64,000 bases of DNA from Collinsella sp. GTDB lineage: Bacteria; Actinomycetota; Coriobacteriia; Coriobacteriales; Coriobacteriaceae. Every line of letters starts with the position of its first letter. Positions within the stretch are counted from its first letter, which is position 1. Position numbers and translations under genes: made by a program. This document shows, one piece after another, positions 43,619 to 53,339 of this stretch. The notes beneath the pieces were generated by a model. It ran no database searches, was not told the DNA's origin, and was given only the letters and a program-made list of their open reading frames with translations. Location: NCBI GenBank assembly GCA_048402045.1, contig DBGDSC010000041.1:15637-79636 (forward strand), read 5' to 3'.

Positions 43619-44584
43619 TTACTTCAACGAGGCAAGAAGGTGTTCGGCGGCACCGATAAGCGGCGCATCGCCCTCCAGAGAACCGATAAGGATCGGCGTG
43701 TCCTGAAGCGGGTCGAGCGCCTGGCTGGCATAGCCCTCGTGCACCGAGTCCTTCCACGTCTGCGAGCGCCAATCGGGACCCTGGTGAATCACGCCGCCCG
43801 AAAGCACGATGACCTCGGGATCCAAGATGTTGGCAAGCGAGCCCAAGCTGGCGCCCAGCGCAAAGCCGGCGTCATGGATGACCTCGGTCGCCTTTGCGTC
43901 GCCAGCGCGGCACAGGTCGTTCACGTCGCGACCGACCGAAGGACGGCTGGGGTCGACGCGACCGAAGCGCTCATCGTACATACGACCAATCGATGTGCCC
44001 GAAGCAACCGACTCAAGATGGCCAGAACGACCACAGGCGCAGGGAATGCCGGCAGCAGCCGAGCACTCGATGTGGCCCATATGGCCGGCAGCACCATGGA
44101 AGCCCTGCATCACGCGGCCGTTCTCGACATATGCGCCGCCGATGCCCGTGCCGATGCCCAAGCACAAAACGGAGAACTTGCCTTTGCCGACGCCCCAGTG
44201 GGCCTCGCCCAGAGCATGAGCCTGCACGTCTCCCACCACGGCAACGGGAAGACCAAGGTCCTCGCGCAGGCGCGGCCCCAACTGAACGCCGGACCAGCCG
44301 GGCATAATCTCGTTGGCATACGCGATGGCGCCCGTCTTGGGATCGACGACGCCGGCGGCACCGATACCGACACCGAGGACCTCGACATCGGGATTCGCCT
44401 CTAGAGCGGCCTTGATGGACGCCTCGATACGCTGGAAGACGGCCTCGCCGCCCTCTTGGGCCTCGGTGGGAACCTCAGCTTCAAAGACCGGATGGGGCAC
44501 GCTGCCGTTAGCCGGATACTCCATAATGGCAGTCGCAATCTTGGTGCCGCCGATATCGACGGAGCAAACGTACTTGTTCTCCAT
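43619..44584 (-). CDS. nanK: ROK family sugar kinase (probable N-acetylmannosamine kinase)
   Basis: DIGGTKIA, plus the ROK zinc motif GHIECSAAAGIPCACGRSGHLE. ATG at 44584 after AGGAGA. The specificity is inferred from the nanA/nanE context. Confidence 0.75.
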   Translation of the reverse strand: MENKYVCSVDIGGTKIATAIMEYPANGSVPHPVFEAEVPTEAQEGGEAVFQRIEASIKAALEANPDVEVLGVGIGAAGVVDPKTGAIAYANEIMPGWSGVQLGPRLREDLGLPVAVVGDVQAHALGEAHWGVGKGKFSVLCLGIGTGIGGAYVENGRVMQGFHGAAGHMGHIECSAAAGIPCACGRSGHLESVASGTSIGRMYDERFGRVDPSRPSVGRDVNDLCRAGDAKATEVIHDAGFALGASLGSLANILDPEVIVLSGGVIHQGPDWRSQTWKDSVHEGYASQALDPLQDTPILIGSLEGDAPLIGAAEHLLASLK

Positions 44585-44686
44585 GTCGCTCTCCTTAGGA
44601 GATAAAAACAACTACAGGAAATGCGCCGTCAGGCTAGCCACCACAGCGCGGTAAAGGTTTTCCAGGTGCCCAAGGTTGGGGTGAAA

Positions 44687-44724
44687 GTGGTCGGGCGTTG
44701 ACCTAATGGGTCACGCCCGACCAC
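44687..44724 (-). other. 12-bp hairpin between nanA and nanK
   Basis: GTGGTCGGGCGT (44687-44698) pairs with ACGCCCGACCAC (44713-44724). Followed by TTTCACC on the minus strand. Confidence 0.5.
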
Positions 44725-44756
44725 TTGAGCCCCAAGATCGGGTGCCTGGGGAAGCT

Positions 44757-45677
44757 TTACAGGAGACCGTTGTCCTGGAGGACCTTCTTAATCGCCTCGA
44801 CGTTCTCGCCGGTCATGGCCTTCACCGGGCGCGGCATGGTCGGGCTGTCGAAGATGCCCATGAGATTCATAGCGGTCTTGAAGGCGCCAACGCCGCCGGC
44901 ATAGCCCTGAACGCCCGAGGTGACATCCCAGATGTGGGAGATCTCGTTGAGGCGATCCTGCTCGGCCTTGACGGTAGCCCAGTCGCCGGCCTGAGCGGCC
45001 TTCCACTGGCGCACGTAGCCCTCGGGCTCAACGTTAGCGAGACCCGGGACAGAACCGTCGGCGCCACCGAGGTAAGCGCCGTCGACAACGACCTCGTGAC
45101 CGGTGAGGATGCTCATCGGATGGCCGTTCTTCTCGTTCTCCTGAACGAGGTAGCGGAACGAGATGTCATCGCCCGAGGAATCCTTGACGCCGGCCAGGAC
45201 GCCCTCGGCGCCGAGCTTGGCAAGGAGCTTCCAGGGGAGCTTGGTGTGGACGCACACGGGGATGTCGTAGGCGAAGATGGGCAGGTCGAGCTCCTCGTGC
45301 AGGATGCGGAAGTGCTCCTCGACCTCGGTCATGCCCTGCAGGGCATAGAACGGGCAGGTAGCGACAAGCGCATCGGCGCCCAGCTCCTGAGCGACCTTAC
45401 CGTGCTCGATCATGCGCTCGGTCTCGGTGTCGATGATGCCGACCAGAACGGGAACGCGGTGGTCGACGATGCGCACGGCCTCGGCGACGATCTGGCGACG
45501 GCGCTCGTCGGTGGAGAAGACGACCTCGCCCGAGGAGCCCAGGAAGAACAGGCCATCGACGCCGGCATCGATCATACGGTTGATGCTGCGCTCAAAGGAG
45601 GCAACATCGAGCTGGTGATCTTCGGTATCGGGAACAACGACGGGAGGGATAACGCCGGTGAATTTCTGAGTTGCCAC
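44757..45677 (-). CDS. nanA: N-acetylneuraminate lyase (DapA/NanA family class I aldolase)
   Basis: GTG at 45677, 6 nt after AGGAGA. Motifs GLFFLGSSGE and GVKDSSGD (Schiff-base Lys). The specificity is inferred from context. Confidence 0.75.
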   Translation of the reverse strand: MATQKFTGVIPPVVVPDTEDHQLDVASFERSINRMIDAGVDGLFFLGSSGEVVFSTDERRRQIVAEAVRIVDHRVPVLVGIIDTETERMIEHGKVAQELGADALVATCPFYALQGMTEVEEHFRILHEELDLPIFAYDIPVCVHTKLPWKLLAKLGAEGVLAGVKDSSGDDISFRYLVQENEKNGHPMSILTGHEVVVDGAYLGGADGSVPGLANVEPEGYVRQWKAAQAGDWATVKAEQDRLNEISHIWDVTSGVQGYAGGVGAFKTAMNLMGIFDSPTMPRPVKAMTGENVEAIKKVLQDNGLL

Positions 45678-45745
45678 AAGAATCTCCTTAGTTGTCTGGC
45701 GGGCGGCCCTATGCCGCCCACTCTTGTTGGCAGTGTCCAGGCCGT

Positions 45746-46597
45746 CTAGGCCAAAGAACACGGGTAGAACGTTTGGTTAAAGAAGTCGACGACTTCGTTT
45801 TCGAACGCATTGATGCGCTCATGAGCGTATTTGGCATAGATGATATGCCTCCGGTCACACTCAAGACCGTTGAAAACGGCAAGCTGGCCCTTGGGATCGC
45901 TCACGGTATCCATAAGCGATGTGCCCATGAGCACCGATCCGCGCACCCGAGACGACAGTGCCTCGAGGCCGACGGGAATTGGATTGGCAACCGCCGTGCA
46001 GGCAAGGCCCCGCTCGTCCAGAGCAGAAACCGCCAGCGCGACACCGCCGCCAAGGCCCTCGCCCCACGCAAAAATGCGATCGGGGTCCACGCCATCAAGA
46101 TTGCGCGCGACCTTCGCCAACGCGCAGCCCCAACGGACGCGCCTGACAAAAGCAGGCGAGGTAATCCCCTGCCGCAGATCACTGAGTCCAATCGCCTCTT
46201 CGTCCAGTGCAAGCACGGCATACCCCATAGCGGCAAATCTCGTCATGTGATGCCAGCCACGCACAGGCCGATCGACGTCGTGGAACATCAGGCACAGCGG
46301 CACGCGCTCAGATACTCGGGCACGACCAACAGGCTCAATCAAACGAGCGTGGACCGCATCGTCACCGAGCTCAAAGGAAACCTCCGAGTAACGGGCGCAG
46401 GGGTTAGCAAAGTCAATCGCCGTAATGGCCAGGCCTTGAATCTCAAGATTCGAAGCGCATGTCTCTAAATCAGAAACATCTGCTTGGACATCACCGTGCC
46501 AGTCCCGATATTCTGCGAGCCTTGACGAAACCGTTCCAGGAATTCCCACGAGCCCGGGGACTATCAGCTCGTCAACATTGCTCTCGCACTTAGACAT
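45746..46597 (-). CDS. Degenerate CE7 (acetyl-xylan-esterase-like) paralog lacking the nucleophile serine
   Basis: Alignable to the adjacent CE7 gene, but GEGLGGG replaces GASQGGG and the PGQGG-containing segment is missing. The Asp/His positions seem retained. The start overlaps the upstream stop by 8 nt and follows GGAGG. Confidence 0.7.
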   Translation of the reverse strand: MSKCESNVDELIVPGLVGIPGTVSSRLAEYRDWHGDVQADVSDLETCASNLEIQGLAITAIDFANPCARYSEVSFELGDDAVHARLIEPVGRARVSERVPLCLMFHDVDRPVRGWHHMTRFAAMGYAVLALDEEAIGLSDLRQGITSPAFVRRVRWGCALAKVARNLDGVDPDRIFAWGEGLGGGVALAVSALDERGLACTAVANPIPVGLEALSSRVRGSVLMGTSLMDTVSDPKGQLAVFNGLECDRRHIIYAKYAHERINAFENEVVDFFNQTFYPCSLA

Positions 46598-47567
46598 GAG
46601 CCTCCCCTCCCTCGCAGAAAAACGAAATGATCAGATCATCAAAGTCCTGAATCTCCTCGTGGCCAAAACCTTCAAAGAACTCATGACGCTTTTCACAGGT
46701 CAGGTTGTTGTAGACCGCAAACTGCGTCGCCGGCGGGCAGACGATATCGGCTGTGCCCGTGCCAAACAGCACGGGGCATTTGACCATGGGGGCAAAGTTC
46801 TTGGAATCGAAGTACGCCAGCTTGGCATAGGCTTCCTCGATACGAGTCGAGTCCTCGTCAAACCAGCGAGACCAGTAGCGCAGACCCTCGTAGGCAATGT
46901 CGTCGGCATCCAAATCCCAGACCAGGCGGAAATCCGATAAGAAGGGATAGAGGATGGCGGCGCGATTGATGAGCTCGCTGTTAAGCGCGCAGGTCGCAAT
47001 GCCCAAACCGCCGCCCTGCGACGCGCCGTTCACAAACACACGGGCAAGATCGATGCCCTCGAGCTCGCGAACGATACGGCACAGAATGCGGATATCCTGA
47101 TGTAGGCGGACATAGTAGAGGTTGGCTGGGTCGCCGTCGATACCGGCGACGATATGGCCCGCGACCGTCGTGCCCTCAAATCCACCAATGTCCTCGGAGG
47201 GGCCTCCTTGGCCAGGACAATCGAGAGCAATGAGCGCCATGCCCATGCCCGCAAACGACGCTTGCTCAAACCAGCTGCGGCTCGCACCCGGATATCCATG
47301 GAACTGAAGTACCAATGGCACGTGCTCGTCCGCGACAGGTTTAAGGTACTTGGCATGCAGGCGTGCACCACACATGCCGGTATACCAGAGGTCGAAAAAC
47401 CGACAGGTCGCGGAATCCGCAACCGAAGCCGCCTCAATCGCATAATCGAGCTCGACGGCGTCGGCCTCGGCCATGCGGTCCTTCCAAAAGAAATCGAAAT
47501 CCGATGGACGGGGCATAGCGCCTCGATAATCACCAAATTGCTGTTGTAGCTCCTGAGCACTTGGCAT
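46590..47567 (-). CDS. CE7 family acetyl esterase (acetyl xylan esterase / cephalosporin-C deacetylase-like)
   Basis: N-terminus PRPSDFDFFW, then LQFHGY, nucleophile elbow GASQGG, and C-terminal GHEE. Start taken as the ATG at 47567. RBS is weak. Confidence 0.75.
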   Translation of the reverse strand: MPSAQELQQQFGDYRGAMPRPSDFDFFWKDRMAEADAVELDYAIEAASVADSATCRFFDLWYTGMCGARLHAKYLKPVADEHVPLVLQFHGYPGASRSWFEQASFAGMGMALIALDCPGQGGPSEDIGGFEGTTVAGHIVAGIDGDPANLYYVRLHQDIRILCRIVRELEGIDLARVFVNGASQGGGLGIATCALNSELINRAAILYPFLSDFRLVWDLDADDIAYEGLRYWSRWFDEDSTRIEEAYAKLAYFDSKNFAPMVKCPVLFGTGTADIVCPPATQFAVYNNLTCEKRHEFFEGFGHEEIQDFDDLIISFFCEGGEAHV

Positions 47568-47647
47568 GGCTCGTGAACCCAACCTTTCGAAATCGCAACG
47601 GAGGTGCGCCCGGTAAGGGAACCGGGCGCACGGGAGGGAAAGCGAGG

Positions 47648-48475
47648 CTACTCGCCGAGCTTGGGATGCAGCAGCGACGGCGCAGCGCCGAGCAGCATCT
47701 TGGTGTAGGGGTCCTGAGGGTGCTGGAAAACCTGCTTGGCCTCGCCCTGCTCGACGATCTTGCCGCCATTCATAACGATGATGTCGTCAGAGATATAGCG
47801 GACCGTCTGGATGTCATGGCTGATGAACACCATGGCCAGGCTGAGCTCCTTTTTAAGGTCGGTCAACAGGTTCAGAATCTGCGCGCGGACCGAAACGTCC
47901 AGAGCCGAGGTGGGCTCGTCGGCGATGATGGCATCGGGGTTCAGCGACAGGGCACGGGCAATTGCGACGCGCTGGCGCTGGCCGCCCGAAAGCTGGCCGG
48001 GAAGAACCTCGGCGGCAGAGCTGGGCAGACCGGTGAGCTCCAAGAGCTCCTTGACGCGCTTCTCCTGCTCGGCCTCGGTACCCAGGTTGTGGACGCGCAT
48101 GGGGTCGAGCAGTTGCTCACGAACGACCATGCGGGGGTTGAGCGCCGTGGCCGGGTTCTGGAACACGACCGAGATGACGCGACCCATGTGGCGACGGTCC
48201 TCGGCGGTACGCTTGGTAACGTCCTTGCCCTTAAAGTAGACCTTGCCGCTCGTGGGGGCCTGCAGGCCGCACATGACGTTGGCGGTGGTGGACTTTCCGC
48301 AACCGGACTCGCCGACGATGCCGATGGTCTGTCCGGGCATGAGCTTAATCGTTACACCCTGGACGGCGTGAACCAGGTTGGGGTGCAGAATCGAGCCGGT
48401 ACGGGTCCTAAAGGTGACGTGGACGTCATCAAGGAAGATGATCGGCTCGACGCCGTTGACTGCGGTCTCGCTCAT
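47648..48475 (-). CDS. Peptide/nickel-type ABC transporter ATP-binding protein
   Basis: Motifs GESGCGKST, LSGGQRQRV and AIIADEPTSALD. The start abuts the upstream stop (TAGATG). Confidence 0.85.
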   Translation of the reverse strand: MSETAVNGVEPIIFLDDVHVTFRTRTGSILHPNLVHAVQGVTIKLMPGQTIGIVGESGCGKSTTANVMCGLQAPTSGKVYFKGKDVTKRTAEDRRHMGRVISVVFQNPATALNPRMVVREQLLDPMRVHNLGTEAEQEKRVKELLELTGLPSSAAEVLPGQLSGGQRQRVAIARALSLNPDAIIADEPTSALDVSVRAQILNLLTDLKKELSLAMVFISHDIQTVRYISDDIIVMNGGKIVEQGEAKQVFQHPQDPYTKMLLGAAPSLLHPKLGE

Positions 48476-50491
48476 CTACATCACCTCCGCGTGAGGGGTC
48501 AAACCATTTGCCTTGAGCACCTCATCGGGGAGCTCGGAATAGAAGTGCTCGGTGCCGGGCACGCGCTTGAAGACCGGACGGGTGTCCAGGCCAATGCGCG
48601 GATGGCTCGAGCGAGGTGCGAAGCGATCGCCCTTGGGGAAATCGCGCGGGCTCGGAACGGCGCCGGGCACCTGGTGCAGGCGGCCCGAACCGCTCTCGAT
48701 GGACAGGACGGAACCCAGAAGACCGCGAGTGTACTCGTGGATCGGGTTGGTGAGCAGCTCCTTGGTGGGCGCCTGCTCGATAACCTGGCCAGCGTACATA
48801 ACCGTGATGTTATGAGCGACCTCTGCGACCAGTGCCAGGTCGTGCGAAACGAAGATCATAGCAAAGCCGAGCTTGGCCTGAAGATCGTTGAGCAGCTTGA
48901 TGACCTGCTTCTGGACAGTTACGTCCAGAGCGGTCGTGGGCTCGTCGCAGATGACCAGCTTGGGGTCGCGGGTAAGGGCCATAGCGATCAGAACGCGCTG
49001 ACGCTGACCACCGGAAAGCTCATGCGGATAGCTCTCGAGCGTGCGCTTGGGGTCGAGGCCCACGAGCTCTAGGAGCTCCTCGGCACTACGGGTGCCGCCG
49101 CGCTTGGTGAGCTGCTTCATCTGGGCGGAAATGAGCATGGAGGGGTTGAGCGAGGACAGGGCGTCCTGATAGACCATAGCGATATCGGTACCGCGCAGGC
49201 CGAACCACTCCTTCTTGCTCATCTTGAGCAGGTCGCGGCCCTCCCAAAGAACCTCACCGGAAAGATGCTCGTCATCGTCGGTCAGGCCCATGATGGCCAG
49301 CGTGGTGATGGACTTACCGCAGCCGGACTCGCCTACCAGGCCCATGGTCTGGCCGGGACGGACATCGAAGTTGACGTGGTCGACGACGTTGATGTCACCG
49401 TGGTGCTCAAACTGGATGCAGAAATCACGGACCGAAAGGATCGGCTCAACGGACTCATCGGGCACATGGCGGTCGTTACGCTTGAGTTCGACATCACGCA
49501 GAGCGCCAAGACGGGCGGACAGGGACTGAGCCTGCTCCTTGTAAGCGCGAACGGGGTCGGAGACCAGCAGGTCGGCCTCACGGCGCTTGGAGGAGTCGGT
49601 CGGATCCAGGGCAGCGGAGGGAGCAGCGGCCATGGCGTCAGTAATGCCCTCGGAGAGGATGTTGAGTGCCAGGCAGGTGATCATGATGGCCAGGCCCGGG
49701 AACAGTGCCTGCCACCAACGGCCGGCAAGCACGCCACCGCGAGCGTCAGCGAGGATGTTGCCCCAGGTAGCGGTGGGCTCCTGGATACCAGCGCCGATGA
49801 AGGTCAGCGAGGCCTCGAAGATGATGGCGTCGGCGACCAGGGTAACGGTGAAGACCATAATCGGGGCGATGCAGTTACGCAGAACATGCTTGATCAAAAT
49901 CCACGGAGCCTTGGCGCCGGAAACGATGACCGCGCGGACATAGTCCTCGCCGTACTCGGACACAATGTTGGCGCGCACGATACGGGCAATCTGCGGAGTG
50001 TACATAAAGCCGATGGCGAAGATGATTGACGGCACGGAATTGCCCAGGATGGAGACGAAGACGGCCGCGAGGGCGATGCCCGGGATGGACATGATGATGT
50101 CCAGGATGCGCATGATCGCCTCGGAAACGGACTTGCGCGAAACCGCCGCGAGGGCGCCCACGACCGAACCGCAAACCAGAGCCATGGCGGTAGCACCGAA
50201 GCCGATGATCAGCGAGTAACGGCCACCGTAAAGCATACGCGACAGGATGTCGCGGCCCTTATCGTCGGTACCGAAGATAAATCCATTGCCGGGAGCCTGG
50301 CGAGCCGTAAAGATCTCGACCGGGCTATAGGGGGCAAGAAGGGGCGCCAGAATCGCGGTCAGGGCGACCAGCACCAGCACGACGGCGGCAATCTTAGAAG
50401 ACAGCGTCATCTTCTTCCAGCCACCGAGCTTGAGCCCCTTGGAGGCAGCTTTCTCGAGCTGCTCGGTTTGCTTCTCTCGAATCTTTACCAT
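48476..50491 (-). CDS. Fused ABC permease (DppC-like) and ATP-binding (DppD-like) protein
   Basis: The N-terminal ~300 aa are a multi-TM permease with EAA loop YVRAVIVSGAKAPWILIKHVLRN. The C-terminal half has GESGCGKSI, LSGGQRQRV and LVICDEPTTALD. Confidence 0.85.
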   Translation of the reverse strand: MVKIREKQTEQLEKAASKGLKLGGWKKMTLSSKIAAVVLVLVALTAILAPLLAPYSPVEIFTARQAPGNGFIFGTDDKGRDILSRMLYGGRYSLIIGFGATAMALVCGSVVGALAAVSRKSVSEAIMRILDIIMSIPGIALAAVFVSILGNSVPSIIFAIGFMYTPQIARIVRANIVSEYGEDYVRAVIVSGAKAPWILIKHVLRNCIAPIMVFTVTLVADAIIFEASLTFIGAGIQEPTATWGNILADARGGVLAGRWWQALFPGLAIMITCLALNILSEGITDAMAAAPSAALDPTDSSKRREADLLVSDPVRAYKEQAQSLSARLGALRDVELKRNDRHVPDESVEPILSVRDFCIQFEHHGDINVVDHVNFDVRPGQTMGLVGESGCGKSITTLAIMGLTDDDEHLSGEVLWEGRDLLKMSKKEWFGLRGTDIAMVYQDALSSLNPSMLISAQMKQLTKRGGTRSAEELLELVGLDPKRTLESYPHELSGGQRQRVLIAMALTRDPKLVICDEPTTALDVTVQKQVIKLLNDLQAKLGFAMIFVSHDLALVAEVAHNITVMYAGQVIEQAPTKELLTNPIHEYTRGLLGSVLSIESGSGRLHQVPGAVPSPRDFPKGDRFAPRSSHPRIGLDTRPVFKRVPGTEHFYSELPDEVLKANGLTPHAEVM

Positions 50492-50494
50492 AAT

Positions 50495-51451
50495 CTACAC
50501 CGTCCTGATGCGCGGGTTGATGAGCAGGTAGAGCATGTCAACCACGATGTTGATGATGATGAAGGCAAGAGCAACGACGATGACGACGCCCTGAACCAGG
50601 TTCGCCTCGTTGCCCTGAACGCCCTGCAGAATCGCAGTACCCATGCCGGGGAGGTTGAAGATGACCTCGATGACGACGGCGCCGCCCATAAGGTAACCGA
50701 TCTTAAGACCGAGGGTGGTGACCGGGGTGATCAGCGCGTTGCGCAAAACGTTGATGCCGACGACGACCTTCTCGGGAACGCCGGCGCCGCGAGCCATACG
50801 GACATAGTCCTTATCGAGCTCCTCAACCATGGCCGTACGCACGATACGAGTCATCTGGCCCGTCAGCGGAAATGCCAGAGCGATAGCGGGCATGATCATA
50901 CGTCCCAGATAGCCAGCCGGGTTGGTGGTGAAGTGAGGCAGAGCACCGGATGCCGGGAGCACCTTAAGGTAGGAAGAGAACAGCAGAATCAACAGAACGG
51001 CAAGCCAGAACGACGGGGTTGCCAAGCCGGCGATGGAAAAGACGCGGATCACTTGGTCCGGCCATTTATCGCGATACAGTGCCGCGATGACGCCGAGCAA
51101 AAACGAGACGACCGCGCCGATGGCAAGACCGATGAAGGTCAGCTGCATCGTGACGGGCAGGGCCGTGGAGATGCGCTTGGCAACGGAGTTGCGAGCAGCA
51201 CCATAGGTGCCCATGTCACCATGGATCAGATCGCCCATGTAGCGCACGTAGCGCACGGGCCAGGGGTCGTCCAGACCATACTTCTCATGGTACTCGGCAA
51301 CCGCCTCGGGCGAGGCACCGTCACCCAACGCCGTATAGGCGGGGTCGGTCTTGGAGAACGACATAAGGAAGAACACCAGGACGGTGACGCCCAATGCCAT
51401 GATCGGCAGCGCCACGAGACGCCTTCCAATCAAACGTAGAAAGTTGTTCAC
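50495..51451 (-). CDS. Peptide/nickel-type ABC transporter permease (DppB-like)
   Basis: GTG at 51451 after AAAGGGGAGAG. N-terminus VNNFLRLIGRRLVALPIMALGVTVLVFFL. EAA loop YVRMARGAGVPEKVVVGINVLRNA. Confidence 0.8.
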   Translation of the reverse strand: MNNFLRLIGRRLVALPIMALGVTVLVFFLMSFSKTDPAYTALGDGASPEAVAEYHEKYGLDDPWPVRYVRYMGDLIHGDMGTYGAARNSVAKRISTALPVTMQLTFIGLAIGAVVSFLLGVIAALYRDKWPDQVIRVFSIAGLATPSFWLAVLLILLFSSYLKVLPASGALPHFTTNPAGYLGRMIMPAIALAFPLTGQMTRIVRTAMVEELDKDYVRMARGAGVPEKVVVGINVLRNALITPVTTLGLKIGYLMGGAVVIEVIFNLPGMGTAILQGVQGNEANLVQGVVIVVALAFIIINIVVDMLYLLINPRIRTV

Positions 51452-51513
51452 GTTCTCTCCCCTTTCTTTTGTCGGTAGGACCAACTGGTATATGAGTATG
51501 GATACTCATTACA

Positions 51514-51545
51514 AGACCCGAGCGACATCGAGGCCGCCCGGGTCT
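51514..51545 (-). other. Intercistronic hairpin between the SBP and permease genes
   Basis: AGACCCG (51514-51520) pairs with CGGGTCT (51539-51545). Confidence 0.4.
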
Positions 51546-51606
51546 TTGTTTCAACTATGAGGACGTTGCCTTACGACCGACGCCCCACATATGACTCAAG
51601 CGAGTC

Positions 51607-53220
51607 TTAGGCCTTGACGGTCGCGACGCCCCTGAAGGACATGCTCGTCGTGCCGATGCCCTTGAAGCCATCGAGGGCCTCGCCGTTGGGCGCGGTGGAC
51701 GGATCGTCCCAGGAAGCGGAAACAGTCTTGACGTGGACAACGGGGTACAGAACAGCGTTGTCGGCGATGATGTCGAAGCACTCGTTCCACTTCTTCTGCT
51801 GCTCGTCGCCCTCGGCGGCAAGAGCCTCGTCCATGAGACCGTGGAGCTTCGCCCACTCAGCGGAATCCTTCCACGGGCAACGGGTCTGCATCCAGACGTT
51901 GTCGCCATACCACCAGTTGAGCAGCAGGTCGGGATCGGCGCCGAAGCAGGACGGATCGCCAGGAGCGAGAAGGATATCGTAGGCCTCGCCGCCGTCGATG
52001 GCAGCGTAGGTGGCCGGCGAGGTATCGGTCTGGATGGTCACATCGAAGCCGAGGGCGTCGAGGTCGTTCTTGACCTGAGCGGCCATGCCCTTGATCTGCT
52101 CGTTGTCGGTTGTGCGCAGGGTGATGGCGCCCGGGGTGATGCCAGACTCTTCGATGAGCTTCTTGGCCTTCTTGGCGTCAGTCTTGTACACCGTGGAAGC
52201 CTCATGATAGTTGGTGAAGCTCTTGGGCAGGTAGCAGCTGGCAGCGGTGGCAAGGCCGGCGAAGGTGTTGGTGATCATCTTCTCGGTGTCGAGCGCGTAC
52301 ATGACGGCCTGACGGACCTTGACGTTGTTCCAAGGCTCCTTGGCGACGTTAAACATGATGAAGCGGGTGCCGAAGCCCTGGACGTTATCGATCTTGCAGC
52401 CAGCGCTCTCGAGCTGGTCGACGGCGTCAGCGGTGACGAGCTCCATAACGAGCGTGGAGCCCTCCTGCTGAGCGGTAACGCGAGCGGTGGGGTCGGTCAG
52501 GATGCTGTACTGGATCTTCTTATCCTCGGCAGCATACTCACCGTTGTACTCGGGGTTGGGAACCAGGGTGATCTCGGTATCGGAGATAGAGTCGTACATC
52601 CAGGGGCCGGAACCGATCGGCTGCTTGGCGCGATCCTCCTCGGCCTGGGTAGCCGGGGTAACGCGGATGATGGCCAGACGATCCTTGAGCAGGGAGAAGT
52701 TGGGGACCTTGGTCTTGACCGTTACGGTGCTGGCGTCCTTGGCCTCGATGGACTCGAAGGGCTGGAAGAACGGAGCATAGGTAGCGGAAGCAGCGCAAGC
52801 GGTGTAGGAGGCAACGACGTCGTCAGCAGTGACCTCGGTGCCATCGGAGAACTTGGCACCCTTACGGATGGTGACCTCGAAGGTAGTGTCGTCCACAGAC
52901 TTGGGATCGTCGGTGGCGAGCTCGTTGAAGGTGCTGTAGTCGTGGTAATCGATGCCGTAGAGGCCCTCGATGACGTGCCAGTTAGCACCCAGGCCCACAG
53001 CGGAGCCGGTGCTGGCGGGGTCGAAGCTGGACGGAGCGTAAGCGGAACCAGCGGTGATCACGCCGCCGCCACGGTTGGCGGAATCGGTGGAACCGGAAGC
53101 GGAACCCTCGTCGCTAGAGCTGCCACCGCAGCCGGTGAGACCAAGCCCTGCGACAGCAGCGACGCTGCCGGTGAGGCCGAGGAACGAACGCCTGGACATA
53201 CCCTTGTTGATGATGGCCAT
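51607..53220 (-). CDS. Family-5 (peptide/nickel-type) ABC substrate-binding lipoprotein, Tat-type signal; candidate sialic-acid binding protein
   Basis: ATG at 53220 after AGGAGA. N-terminus MAIINKGMSRRSFLGLTGSVAAVAGLGLTGCG. The substrate is inferred only from the nan context. Confidence 0.8.
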   Translation of the reverse strand: MAIINKGMSRRSFLGLTGSVAAVAGLGLTGCGGSSSDEGSASGSTDSANRGGGVITAGSAYAPSSFDPASTGSAVGLGANWHVIEGLYGIDYHDYSTFNELATDDPKSVDDTTFEVTIRKGAKFSDGTEVTADDVVASYTACAASATYAPFFQPFESIEAKDASTVTVKTKVPNFSLLKDRLAIIRVTPATQAEEDRAKQPIGSGPWMYDSISDTEITLVPNPEYNGEYAAEDKKIQYSILTDPTARVTAQQEGSTLVMELVTADAVDQLESAGCKIDNVQGFGTRFIMFNVAKEPWNNVKVRQAVMYALDTEKMITNTFAGLATAASCYLPKSFTNYHEASTVYKTDAKKAKKLIEESGITPGAITLRTTDNEQIKGMAAQVKNDLDALGFDVTIQTDTSPATYAAIDGGEAYDILLAPGDPSCFGADPDLLLNWWYGDNVWMQTRCPWKDSAEWAKLHGLMDEALAAEGDEQQKKWNECFDIIADNAVLYPVVHVKTVSASWDDPSTAPNGEALDGFKGIGTTSMSFRGVATVKA

Positions 53221-53339
53221 GTCTTCTCCTATCAATAGAGAATCTTACCCGGGAGCACCTAGACTTGCCCCCGCGCAACTTGCGGACGATATATACCTTA
53301 CCTACCGACGGACCCAACTGAGGTGCCGCGCTCGGCGAC

